Below are positions 1 through 9,500 of a stretch of DNA of 64,000 nt, in pieces (position 1 is the stretch's first letter; each line of letters starts with the position of its first letter). The notes under the pieces were generated by a model that saw only the letters and a program-made list of their open reading frames with translations, was not told the DNA's origin and did not search any database. A program made the position numbers and the translations under genes. This DNA is from Planctomycetota bacterium (GTDB lineage: Bacteria > Planctomycetota > UBA1135 > UBA2386): assembly GCA_965223545.1 (NCBI GenBank), contig OZ245006.1, positions 6,496,001 to 6,560,000 of the forward strand, read 5' to 3'.

Positions 1-10
1 GGCTTGGGTC

Positions 11-1975
11 ATGCAACAGCGCATCGCGATTCGCCAGATGTACGCAGCCGTCCAGTGGCGGGACTACGTCGGTACTCTCGGAGCCGCGGCGGGACTCTTG
101 CGAGATGAGGCGCCGGGGGCGGCGCAGCTGTTGGATGGAGTGGAGCCGTCACTGAGAGGTTGGGAGTGGCGCATGCTGCGCCACTTGGCGGACCCGAGTG
201 AGTGGACCGCCGAAGTGTCCATCCTGCAGCCATTCGGGGATCGCGTGTACTGCGCCGGCGACTTGCACTTCGAAGTCCTGGACGCGGAGACCGGGCGGCA
301 TTTGCCGTCGCCGTTTGGCCAAACGCCCGTCGGGGGGCTCGCTGTTTCGCCGGATCAGCGGCGTGCCGTCACGGTTTCGGGCGTCGCTGGGTTGAGTCTC
401 ACCGAGTTGTTATTCTGGGATCTTGCGCGTTCGGAAACGGTGCGGCGCTTGCCGGGTCGACGGGTCAACCCCCTGTGCTTTAGCCCGGACGGTGAGCATT
501 TCTTGGTCGCCGAGTATGTGGCTGATCAAGAGCACGAACTGCGAACGATCCGGTGGGACTCCGGAGAGGTAGTTGGCTCGCTACCGGCGAGGAACGGCAG
601 AGCCTGGTTCATTTATGCCAGCCAGCTTTCTTTGATTGGCAGCGCCGCTATCAATGGCCTCGATTTTGCCTTAGTCGATCTGAAGGATTTTCGATTGATC
701 ACCACTTTACCCAATGCTTCCAGTGGTGGCTTGACCAGACCGTCGATCTCGGCAGATGGAAGTCGTGTAACGTCCGGAACCTGGCATACAGCCGGACATG
801 TCGTCTATGACGTCGGACGCCGCGCGCCTATCGCATCGATCGGAGCCGCGGAGCGCCGGGAGCACTACATGAGCGGGGGGGCAATCAGCCCCGATGGCCG
901 GCTGCTCGCACGGAACCACCATGTCAACATCGAAGTGTGGGACCTTGAGAACAATCGACGCATGGGAGTCCTGCGGGGGCATTCTCAGCCCCCGAAACAC
1001 CTGTTTTTTCCGGCCGCGGACACGCTGTACAGCAACGCTGACGGGCGCTCGAAGAAGTGGCGCATCCCCGACGCAATGTCGCCGACGGTGCTCACGGCTG
1101 GCTCCAGCTTCATCACCGCGTTGGCGTTCTCTCCCGACGCGAAGACTCTATACACGGCCTGCATGCACGGTGACCCCGCGATCCTGGCCTGGGATCTCCG
1201 CTCGCATTCCGTGTCCAGAGCGTTTCCGGGTACCAGCGCCGAGCGATACCGAATCGACTTGGAGGCGTCGGGTGAGACACTGCTCGCCTGCGGGAAGTCG
1301 CAGTGGGTGGAGAGGATCGACCTGCAGTCCGGCGAGATCGCGGGCGATCACCGGCCGAGTGACAACGGAACCACTTGGGCGGCCGCGTTGCCGCGGTCCG
1401 GCGGCTTCGTTATTAGCCAATGGTCGCAGTGGGGGCCGGGTTCCAAGGTTCAGCTGCTGACTGCGAGTGGGGGCGTAGCTTGGCGGCGCGAGTTTGGTGG
1501 CCAAGTTTCGCAGCTCTGTGTGGCGGACGATGAGTCGTGGATCGCCGTGGGGTTCAACGATGGAAGTATCCAGCTGCTGGCTGTGGATGGGGACCCCGTA
1601 GGACTCTTGCAGAGCGCTCTCGAGCCGGTTCGTTCCCTCAGCGGATCCCGTGACGCCAGGCAGCTCGTCAGTGTTGGCCGAACGACGGCACGAGTATGGG
1701 ACGTGGCGCGTCGCAGTCTCACCGCCGAGTTCGACGTCGGCAGCACCGGTACGACGGTCCGCCAGTGCGTGTTCGATCCGACCGGAACGCGGGTGGTTGC
1801 GGGAGAACAAAACGCGCTCGTGTTCTATCTCGCTCGAACTGGTGAGCGGTTGCTCGGTTGGCAGCTCCCGGACTTCCCGACTGCAGTAGCCTTCTCCAAG
1901 GGCGGTGACACGCTTGCCGTGGGCACGCGGGAGGGGCGAGTCTACGTCTTCTCCAGTGTTCGTCCAAAACGCTGA
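11..1975 (+). CDS. WD40-repeat beta-propeller protein; probably the C-terminal part of a Ser/Thr kinase-WD40 protein starting before the window
   Basis: Many WD40 motifs (LAVSPD, LRGH, ALAFSPD, RVWD). 'RGWEWR' precedes the propeller as in planctomycete kinase-WD40 proteins. The frame is open to the window edge. Confidence 0.8.
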   Translation: MQQRIAIRQMYAAVQWRDYVGTLGAAAGLLRDEAPGAAQLLDGVEPSLRGWEWRMLRHLADPSEWTAEVSILQPFGDRVYCAGDLHFEVLDAETGRHLPSPFGQTPVGGLAVSPDQRRAVTVSGVAGLSLTELLFWDLARSETVRRLPGRRVNPLCFSPDGEHFLVAEYVADQEHELRTIRWDSGEVVGSLPARNGRAWFIYASQLSLIGSAAINGLDFALVDLKDFRLITTLPNASSGGLTRPSISADGSRVTSGTWHTAGHVVYDVGRRAPIASIGAAERREHYMSGGAISPDGRLLARNHHVNIEVWDLENNRRMGVLRGHSQPPKHLFFPAADTLYSNADGRSKKWRIPDAMSPTVLTAGSSFITALAFSPDAKTLYTACMHGDPAILAWDLRSHSVSRAFPGTSAERYRIDLEASGETLLACGKSQWVERIDLQSGEIAGDHRPSDNGTTWAAALPRSGGFVISQWSQWGPGSKVQLLTASGGVAWRREFGGQVSQLCVADDESWIAVGFNDGSIQLLAVDGDPVGLLQSALEPVRSLSGSRDARQLVSVGRTTARVWDVARRSLTAEFDVGSTGTTVRQCVFDPTGTRVVAGEQNALVFYLARTGERLLGWQLPDFPTAVAFSKGGDTLAVGTREGRVYVFSSVRPKR

Positions 1976-2040
1976 CTCGTTGGGCGAGCGAGGCGGCCCG
2001 CTGCACCGCCGTGCGGCTCGCCGACCTACCGCGGCGAGAC

Positions 2041-2643
2041 CTACCAGTCCTGCCGCGATGCGCCGAGCAGGGCTCCGAGTTTGGTGATCGCTCGGCTGTG
2101 TAGGATTTGCACCGCGTTCTCCGTCCGCCCCATTTGTAGGGCGATCTCGGTGAACCTCTGGCACTCGAACTGGCGTAGCTCCAGCACGTGCTGGTAGTCC
2201 CGCGGGAGCTCTTCGATCGCTGCGGCGAGGCGGTGCATGTCCTCGGCCACAACGGCTGCGCGGTCCGGAGTGTCCGCGGAGTCGTGCAAGATCTGCGAGA
2301 GCTGTGAGACCGCTTGTTCGCGGTCGCGGCGGAGCTCGTCGTGGATGTTGTGGCGTGCAATTTCGGTCAACCAGGCCAGGAAGCCCGGGTGGGTCCGCGC
2401 CCTGCACCGGTCAATATCGCGCGCCGCTTCGAGGATTGTCTGTTGCAGAAAGTCCTCGGACTCGGCGACACGGCGAGCCGCGGGTCCCATGAGCAGGCGG
2501 ATCCGTCGGAGCAGCTGCGAACGGTGGTGTTCGACCAATCGGTACAAGCTGTTGGCATCTCCGCGGGTGGCACGGTTCAGAAGCTCGATCGTAGCGGTTA
2601 GGTCGGCGTCGCGCATGGGCACGAAACGGAGCAGGAGATGCAC
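2041..2643 (-). CDS. ECF RNA polymerase sigma factor
   Basis: Region 2 (EDFLQQT...FLAWLTEIARHNIHD) and region 4 (IEELPRDYQHVLELR...EIALQMGRTENAVQ). The start may be 2616. Confidence 0.88.
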   Translation of the reverse strand: MHLLLRFVPMRDADLTATIELLNRATRGDANSLYRLVEHHRSQLLRRIRLLMGPAARRVAESEDFLQQTILEAARDIDRCRARTHPGFLAWLTEIARHNIHDELRRDREQAVSQLSQILHDSADTPDRAAVVAEDMHRLAAAIEELPRDYQHVLELRQFECQRFTEIALQMGRTENAVQILHSRAITKLGALLGASRQDW

Positions 2644-2839
2644 TCTAAGCCATTGTCGTTCCGTTCACGAACGCGACATCGACCGTCAGTTGCGCCCGGA
2701 ACGACAGAGGTCCGTGCGTTTTGTGCGGAGAGCCGAAAACAACGCAGGGTTGATACGCTTTTTTGCAACGGGAATCCGCGGCTCAATCGATTCGTGCGCG
2801 GCCGGGTCGTTCATCATCTCCGCTGGCCGTGGCACGTCG

Positions 2840-3118
2840 CACGGGGCCGTCGAGGAGTGCCTGGTAGGCGATGTTGCAGCGACTGATGGTCTTGCCGGCG
2901 CCATTGGGGCTGGCGTTCTCGGGCTCGTCGAGGAAGCCCAGCCGCAGCACGTTTCCACGAGGTCGCGTTTCGACCTGCTTGGGCCAGTCCCAATCGAAGT
3001 CGGCGATCGGCTTGAAGCGCCCGAGCTTGGCGTTGCGGATACGGCGCTCGAGGATGCCGCTCTGGCGCTCGTCGTCCGCGGTCACGAGCAGCTCGTGCAC
3101 CCAGGCCTCGCGTGCCAT
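2840..3118 (-). pseudogene. istB: IS21-family helper ATPase (IstB) fragment
   Basis: ERRIRNAKLGRFKPIADFDWDWPK...GAGKT matches the IstB N-terminus and a damaged Walker A. Truncated, with no istA nearby. Confidence 0.75.
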
Positions 3119-3121
3119 GGT

Positions 3122-5773
3122 CTACTCCGCCCGAGACACCTTGCGGCTCACGCGAACCCCGACCGTTGGATCTCGTCGTCCCGGCGCGAGCGGCAACCGC
3201 CAGTACACGACCGCGCGGCCCTCCGTGACCATGTAGCAGCCGCCGCGGAGGACGCGTGACTGTGTGTTGCCGGCGCGGAGCACGGCATCGGTGGGCACCC
3301 GCAAGCCATCACCCGCGCGCAGCGGGTAGCCGTCGCGGGGCAGCCATTGATCCAGCGTGAGCTCGCGCACGTTGCCGTGCACGTCATAGAGACCAAAAGC
3401 GTTGAATCGCGGGAGCGAGCCGACGGGGCTGTGCAGGGCCCAGCCGTCGGTGAACTTGGCGACGGATCCCTTGCCTGGAACCCCGGCATCGGCGGCGCTT
3501 TGGTCGTAGAGGTTCTCCGCGTCGCCGGGGTCTTCACCCGTCCAAAACGCGGTCGTGGTTCCGGCGCGCGCCGCATACTCCCACTGCGCGGCGGTCGGCG
3601 CTGTGAGCTCGTAGCGCGCCAACAGCCGGTCGCAGGATTCGAACGAGAAGTTCTCAACCGGGTGCCGGTTGTTGGAGAGCGTATAGTGGTTCTGTGGCGT
3701 GTAGTAGCTCGGCTCATCACCGTTCGACAGGCGGAGCCATTGGCCGCGGGTCAGCTCGTGGCGGGCGACGAAGAACGGCGCGAGCTCGACCGATTGCACT
3801 GGAGTCATACCGCTGGCGGCTCCGGCCTTCGAGTAGTAGGGCCGTTCGGGATCTTCGCTCTGGCAGCCGACGTGAGCGAGTCCGCCCGGGACCAGGACGA
3901 ACACGATTCCCATGTCGGCCTCGACCCTGATCGAGCCATCGGCTTCGATGACGGGCAACTGCTCGCGGTTCTCGGCCGATAGCAGGTGGTAGAATTCCCA
4001 GAGTCGGGTCGCAGGATTCTCGCCAAGTGGCACCAAGCCGACCTGTGGCTCCAGGTCGACGCGGCCGGCGCCGTAACGCTCCGAGCGTAGGATTGCACCT
4101 CGGGCTTCGCGCCACCGTTCGGCGTGCCGCGTGATGCTGAGCTCTTCGATTGCGCGCGCGTCGGCGAGACGCGCGCGCAGGTCGGGAAGCGTCCTCGTGT
4201 GCGCCGCCTGGAAGCGGGCGTCGAGCGGGGTCGTGATCTCGAGCAGCCGTTCGACGGTACCGCCTTCGATGTACTGGGGAGGTGCATCGCGCAAGCGCGC
4301 TGCGACCGCGTTTGCGTTCGTCTGTCGTTCGTCGAGCGCGTGGGCTCTGGTGAGCAGCTGCTCCATCGCCCCAACCATCGTTGAGCGAACAGGGCCCAGC
4401 GCCTCTGCGTCTCGCTCGAGCTGTGTGAGGAAGGAGTCGGTGCCCAGCGTCGCTTCGAGGATGAAGCGGGCGTCCGCGGCCTCTCGGCGATCGCGTTCGG
4501 TGGTCAACCACCGGTGGAGCGCGGCTCCAAACCCGGCGATCGCGATGACCAAGCCCACGCCGAGCGCCGCGATCACCGGGTTGCGTTGGGTCCAACGCCG
4601 CAGCTCTGCCCACGCGCCGCTCTCGAAGCTGCGTACGACTCGACCGTCCAGCCATGCCTCCAGCTCGGCGCGGAACTCGGTGACCGACTCGTAGCGCTGC
4701 GCCGGGTCGCGGGCCATCGCGCGTTCGCAGATCGCGACGAGCGGTGCTGGTGCGTGCTCGTCCATGGCGCCAAGTCGCGTCGGTGGCTGCGAGCGGACGA
4801 GCGTCACGAGCGCCTCCATGTCCGTGCTGCGAGCGTCGTCGGAGTACGGGGCGCTTCGCGAGAGGGTGTGGTACAGCGTGGCGCCGAGAGCGTAGACATC
4901 GCTGCGCTCGTCCGCGGCGCGGCCGGCCGCCTGTTCCGGAGCCATGTACGCGGGTGTTCCGATGACTCGGCCATCGCCGGTCACCAACGACCCGTCCGCG
5001 GCGACTTCCAGGGTGAGCGGTTGTTGATCCTCTGTGGGTTCTCCGAGCAGCGAGCAAAGGCCCCAGTCGACAAGGCGCGCCTCGCCGTGCTCGCCGACCA
5101 TGATGTTGTCGGGTTTGATATCGCGGTGGACGACACCGCGACTGTGTGCGTACTCGACGGCGCTACAAACCGCCGCCAAGACTCGAATCCGGCGGGGGAG
5201 CGGCCACCCGCCCTCGAGGTCTCGATCTGCAATACAGTCGGTCAGCGTAGTGCCGGCGACAAGCGGCATCGTGAAGTACAACCGGTCGTCCGAGTCCAGG
5301 CCGATCTCGTGCACCGGCAGGATCGCTGGGTGGTCGAGTTTGCCGAGGACTTGTGCCTCCTCAGCGATCAGCCGCTGGCGCAAGTCGATCGAGCTGCTCG
5401 ACCCACCGCCGTGTGCGGCCTTGAGCGCGATCGATCGATCGAGGTCGCGGTCCCACGCTTCGCGCACGACGCCCATGCCTCCGCGGGCGAGCGTGTGCAC
5501 GAGTCGGTAGCGATCACCGAACGCCCGGCGCCCTCGGAGTAGCGTTGCAAGCTGATCGCCGCCGCGCACCGCAGTTGCCGCAATCTTGCGATTGAGCAGT
5601 ACCGCGCGATTGGCATCGTAGTCGCGCCGCACCTGCTCCAGGTCTGTGGCGAGATCCGGTCGATCGCGCAAGAGCGCGGCGAACGCCTCGTCATCGATGC
5701 TCTCGCCGCGCCCCAGAAGGTTGAAAAAAAGCCGCTCGGCGGCCAACGAGTGAGTATCGTCGGAGTCCATCAT
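3122..5773 (-). CDS. Ser/Thr protein kinase with TM helix and C-terminal formylglycine-generating-enzyme (FGE/SUMF1) domain
   Basis: GGMGVV, HRDIKPDN, DWG and GTPAYMAPEQ kinase motifs. C-terminal PTAAQWEYAARAG, NAFGLYDVHGNV and RVLRGG. The true start is about 5770-5773; the ORF-track extension overlaps the ECF gene. Confidence 0.9.
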   Translation of the reverse strand: MMDSDDTHSLAAERLFFNLLGRGESIDDEAFAALLRDRPDLATDLEQVRRDYDANRAVLLNRKIAATAVRGGDQLATLLRGRRAFGDRYRLVHTLARGGMGVVREAWDRDLDRSIALKAAHGGGSSSSIDLRQRLIAEEAQVLGKLDHPAILPVHEIGLDSDDRLYFTMPLVAGTTLTDCIADRDLEGGWPLPRRIRVLAAVCSAVEYAHSRGVVHRDIKPDNIMVGEHGEARLVDWGLCSLLGEPTEDQQPLTLEVAADGSLVTGDGRVIGTPAYMAPEQAAGRAADERSDVYALGATLYHTLSRSAPYSDDARSTDMEALVTLVRSQPPTRLGAMDEHAPAPLVAICERAMARDPAQRYESVTEFRAELEAWLDGRVVRSFESGAWAELRRWTQRNPVIAALGVGLVIAIAGFGAALHRWLTTERDRREAADARFILEATLGTDSFLTQLERDAEALGPVRSTMVGAMEQLLTRAHALDERQTNANAVAARLRDAPPQYIEGGTVERLLEITTPLDARFQAAHTRTLPDLRARLADARAIEELSITRHAERWREARGAILRSERYGAGRVDLEPQVGLVPLGENPATRLWEFYHLLSAENREQLPVIEADGSIRVEADMGIVFVLVPGGLAHVGCQSEDPERPYYSKAGAASGMTPVQSVELAPFFVARHELTRGQWLRLSNGDEPSYYTPQNHYTLSNNRHPVENFSFESCDRLLARYELTAPTAAQWEYAARAGTTTAFWTGEDPGDAENLYDQSAADAGVPGKGSVAKFTDGWALHSPVGSLPRFNAFGLYDVHGNVRELTLDQWLPRDGYPLRAGDGLRVPTDAVLRAGNTQSRVLRGGCYMVTEGRAVVYWRLPLAPGRRDPTVGVRVSRKVSRAE

Positions 5774-5800
5774 GAGTTCTCGAGGAGCGACCAGCCAATT

Positions 5801-6376
5801 GTGGGCGACAATGCCGATCAGTGCGATCTGGCCAAGGTGATCCGGTGCGCGGAGGGGCGATGCGAGGCGGAGTCCTTGGATGCGCTGATCGCGACGTGTC
5901 GCCCGATGATAGCCGCGCACGTGAGCAATGCGTGTGGGCAGGAGTGGGATCCGGCGGATCTCGAGGACGTCGTTCAGGATGCTTCGGTGCGCTTGCTGCG
6001 AGCGTGGTCCGGGTTCGAGTTCTCCAGCGTGCCCAAGTTTCGTCGTTGGCTTGCGACGATTGCGCAGAACGCGGTCGTCGACGCGGGCCGTCGCCGGCGA
6101 AGTCGCCGTCTGCGCCAGCTCACCACAACAGTGTTGGGTCGGCAAGACGACGGCTCGCCGACCCCGTCTGCAAACGCGCACCTCACCGAGCAAGTCGCAG
6201 TCGTGGAGGCCGCGATGAATCGTCTTACCGAAGCGCACCGTGTCGTCATCGTCCTCCGCGATCTGGAGCGAATCCCGTTCGCCGAGGTCGGTGCCCGCAT
6301 CGGTCGGAGTGCAGACGCCGCGGAGAGTCTGTACCGCCGGGCGATCGCCGAACTGCGACGACGGGTCGGGAGTTGA
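5801..6376 (+). CDS. ECF sigma factor
   Basis: DLEDVVQD...FRRWLATIAQNAVVD; region 4 LTEAHRVVIVLRDLE...EVGARIGRS. Start uncertain. Confidence 0.88.
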   Translation: MGDNADQCDLAKVIRCAEGRCEAESLDALIATCRPMIAAHVSNACGQEWDPADLEDVVQDASVRLLRAWSGFEFSSVPKFRRWLATIAQNAVVDAGRRRRSRRLRQLTTTVLGRQDDGSPTPSANAHLTEQVAVVEAAMNRLTEAHRVVIVLRDLERIPFAEVGARIGRSADAAESLYRRAIAELRRRVGS

Positions 6377-6521
6377 GAGGTGGGAGCGTAGGCGCCTTGG
6401 TCGCGTCGTCACGGTTGTCGCCGACCCTTACGAGTCGAGCCGGGACGCCGTTGCGCGAGAGCAACTCGCGAGACGAGCTTGCCGTCCCGATCGGACGATC
6501 GCCCTCGGCGCCCGCTCGCGG

Positions 6522-9500
6522 CTACTGCCAAACGACGCCCAGCATGCTCGGGTCGGCGTAGAGTGCAGGCGGCACGGCCGGGGCACAGGCACCGGAGTCG
6601 TCGCCGGGCACCGGATCGGCCGGATACACCACCCCGCTGTTGGCCACCTGCACGCACGCGGTCAGTAGGTTGATGCCCACTGTGCCGCCACCACCCCAGG
6701 CATCCGCCATCACCATGGCGTCGGGCAGCAAGATCGCCACTTCGCCGCCAAACGAGCGGATCTCGTTGGTGCCCGCCTGCGCGTTGCCGATCGTCGTCAC
6801 GTCGACGACGGGCATGCGGAAGGCGAGCGGGCCAGGCACCGGCGTGCTGTTCATCGCACCACTGGCAAACAAGTGCACGTCACCCGCGGCCCACAGCCTG
6901 TTGATCGCATCCTGGTTGTCGTGGTTGACGTTGTCGAACGCGCGATCGATCGCGATGATCCGACCACCGAGCGAGCGCACGTCGATGACGGCGCCGCCGT
7001 GATTGCCTAGCATCTTCACCGCGACGGTCCCCGGGTTGGGGAACGCGAAGTGCTGGATGCTGTTGCCGACCACGGTGATGTCGCCCAGCGCCTGCATCTC
7101 GATGTGGCCCGGGTCGGTGATGTTGTCGCGGCCGGTGCGCACGACGACGCCCGTCGTGCTGATCCGCCGGCCCTGCACGGCGACGCGTCGAAGCGCGGTG
7201 CCGAAGACCGTGATCGCGCCGTCGAACGCCACGAGCCGGATCGTCGGCGCCGGTGCCGCGCGGTAGACCGCCTCGACCAGGCCGCCGATGTCGATGTCGC
7301 CACCGAATCCGGCAGACGCATCGCCGCCGGTCAGCAAGTGGATGTCACCGCCGGAGTTGGAACGCACCAACGCGCTGGCGCTCAAGGCCAGGTCACCGCA
7401 GCGCGACGCGATCACAATCCGCCCCGAGACGCCACTGGACGCCTGTGCGCGGTTGAGGATCACGCCGTCGATCGCGATGTCGCCATCTGCGATGATCGAC
7501 AGTGCACCGGCCTGCGCGTTGTGCGAGTAGACGTCCACGGCCGCGCTCTCATCGACGAACACCGTGCACGCCGACCGTAGCTCGATGCCGGGAGCGGGCC
7601 GATTCTTGCCCTTGTTCGGCACGGTGCCGGTGGTCACTGTTGCACCATCCACGATCTCGAGCCGCTTGCGCCCAGTGTCGATGATCAATCGCCAGGTGTC
7701 CGGAGTTGGACCGGAGGTGTCGAAAGAAACGTAGGGGGCCAGCGCCGGGTCACCCTGCCAGGTTGGTGGTGCCGTGTTGAAGTCCGCGCTCACATCGGTG
7801 TCGATGCGCACGACGTCCCCGTCGCAGTCGGGGCACGCGTTCAGGACGGTCAGCACGGCGTCATCGCTGGTTACGGACCCCGCCGCGTTGCTCACCTTGA
7901 CGTTGTAACGGCCCGCATCGGCGGGTGACGCCGAGGCCAGCGCGAGCACGCTTTGCGTCTCGCCCGCGATCACCGCGCCGTCCTTGCACCACTGGTAGCT
8001 CAGGCCGACGCCAGTCGCGGTCACCGAGAAGCTCACTGCCGTGCCCGCCGACACCGTTTGGCTCTGCGGATGGTTGGTGATCACCGGGAGCGCCGGCACC
8101 GCCGTCACCACCGCCGGGGCCATCACCGATTCGCCGGTTGGGCTGGTCACGGTCAGCACGTAGAGTGTGCTGGCATCCGGTGGCGGCGTCACGGTGACTG
8201 GTACTTCGCTCGTCACCGCAATCGCCCCCGGGTTGATCAGTCCCGTGCCGCCCGAGAACCGCGCAGTCAACTGGCTGGTCTGGCCGTTGACCACGATCGT
8301 CGGCGACGCGACAAAGCTCTCGATGCTTGGCGGCGGAACCGCCTGCACGATCGCCGTCGCCTGTACCGAGTCGCCTGCGGGATTGGTTACCGTGAGCGTG
8401 TAGGTGGTGACGACGTCGTCCGGCGGAGTCACCGTCAGTGGGGTGCCACTCGCGACCGAGAACGAGCTTACACCGTCCGTCACCTGACCATTGCCACCGG
8501 TGAAGGCGAACAACAGATCAACTACGCCGCCGTTGGTCACCAGCGGGGCCGAGGCCACGAAGCTCTGGATCTGCGGCAGCGGGTAGGAGGTGACCGTGAC
8601 GTCGGCCGACACGTTGTCGCCGAAGGCGTTGGTCACGGTCAGCGTGTAAGTCGTCGCCGTGTTGGGCGGTGGCGAGACCACAGTTTGGCCTTGGCCCACC
8701 GGGCCGACGCCCTGGTCAATGTCACCGTTGCCACCCGTGAACGAGTGCGTCAATGTGGCCGAGTCGCCATCGGAGATGACCGTGCGCGAGATCGCAAAGT
8801 TGGTGATCGCAGGGGCTGCAGCGACCGTGATCATGCCCGCGGTGGTCGCGGTGTCGGAGCCGCCGGGGCCGGTGACGGTCAGCGAGACGGTGTAGGTGCC
8901 GGCTGTGGTGTAGGTGTGGGTTGGGCTCTGCGCGGCCGAGGTTGCGCCGTCGCCGAAGTCCCATGCCCAGGTCGTGATCGCGCCGGTCGACTGATCGGTG
9001 AACGTCACATTCAACGGGGCAGTGCCCGAGGTCGGGTTGCTGGCAAACGCAGCCACTGGCGCCGGCTCGGTGACGGTGACGAGACCCGCGGTGGTCGCGG
9101 TGTCGGAGCCGCCGGGGCCGGTGACGGTCAGCGAGACGGTGTAGGTGCCGGCTGTGGTGTAGGTGTGGGTTGGGCTCTGCGCGGCCGAGGTTGCGCCGTC
9201 GCCGAAGTCCCATGCCCAGGTCGTGATCGCGCCGGTCGACTGATCGGTGAACGTCACGTTCAACGGGGCAGTGCCCGAGGTCGGGTTGCTGGCAAACGCA
9301 GCCACTGGCGCCGGCTCGGTGACGGTGACGAGACCCGCGGTGGTCGCGGTGTCGGAGCCGCCGGGGCCGGTGACGGTCAGCGAGACGGTGTAGGTCCCGG
9401 CTGTGGTGTAGGTGTGGGTGGGGCTCTGCGCGGCCGAGGTTGCGCCGTCGCCGAAGTCCCATGCCCAGGTCGTGATCGCGCCGGTCGACTGATCGGTGAA

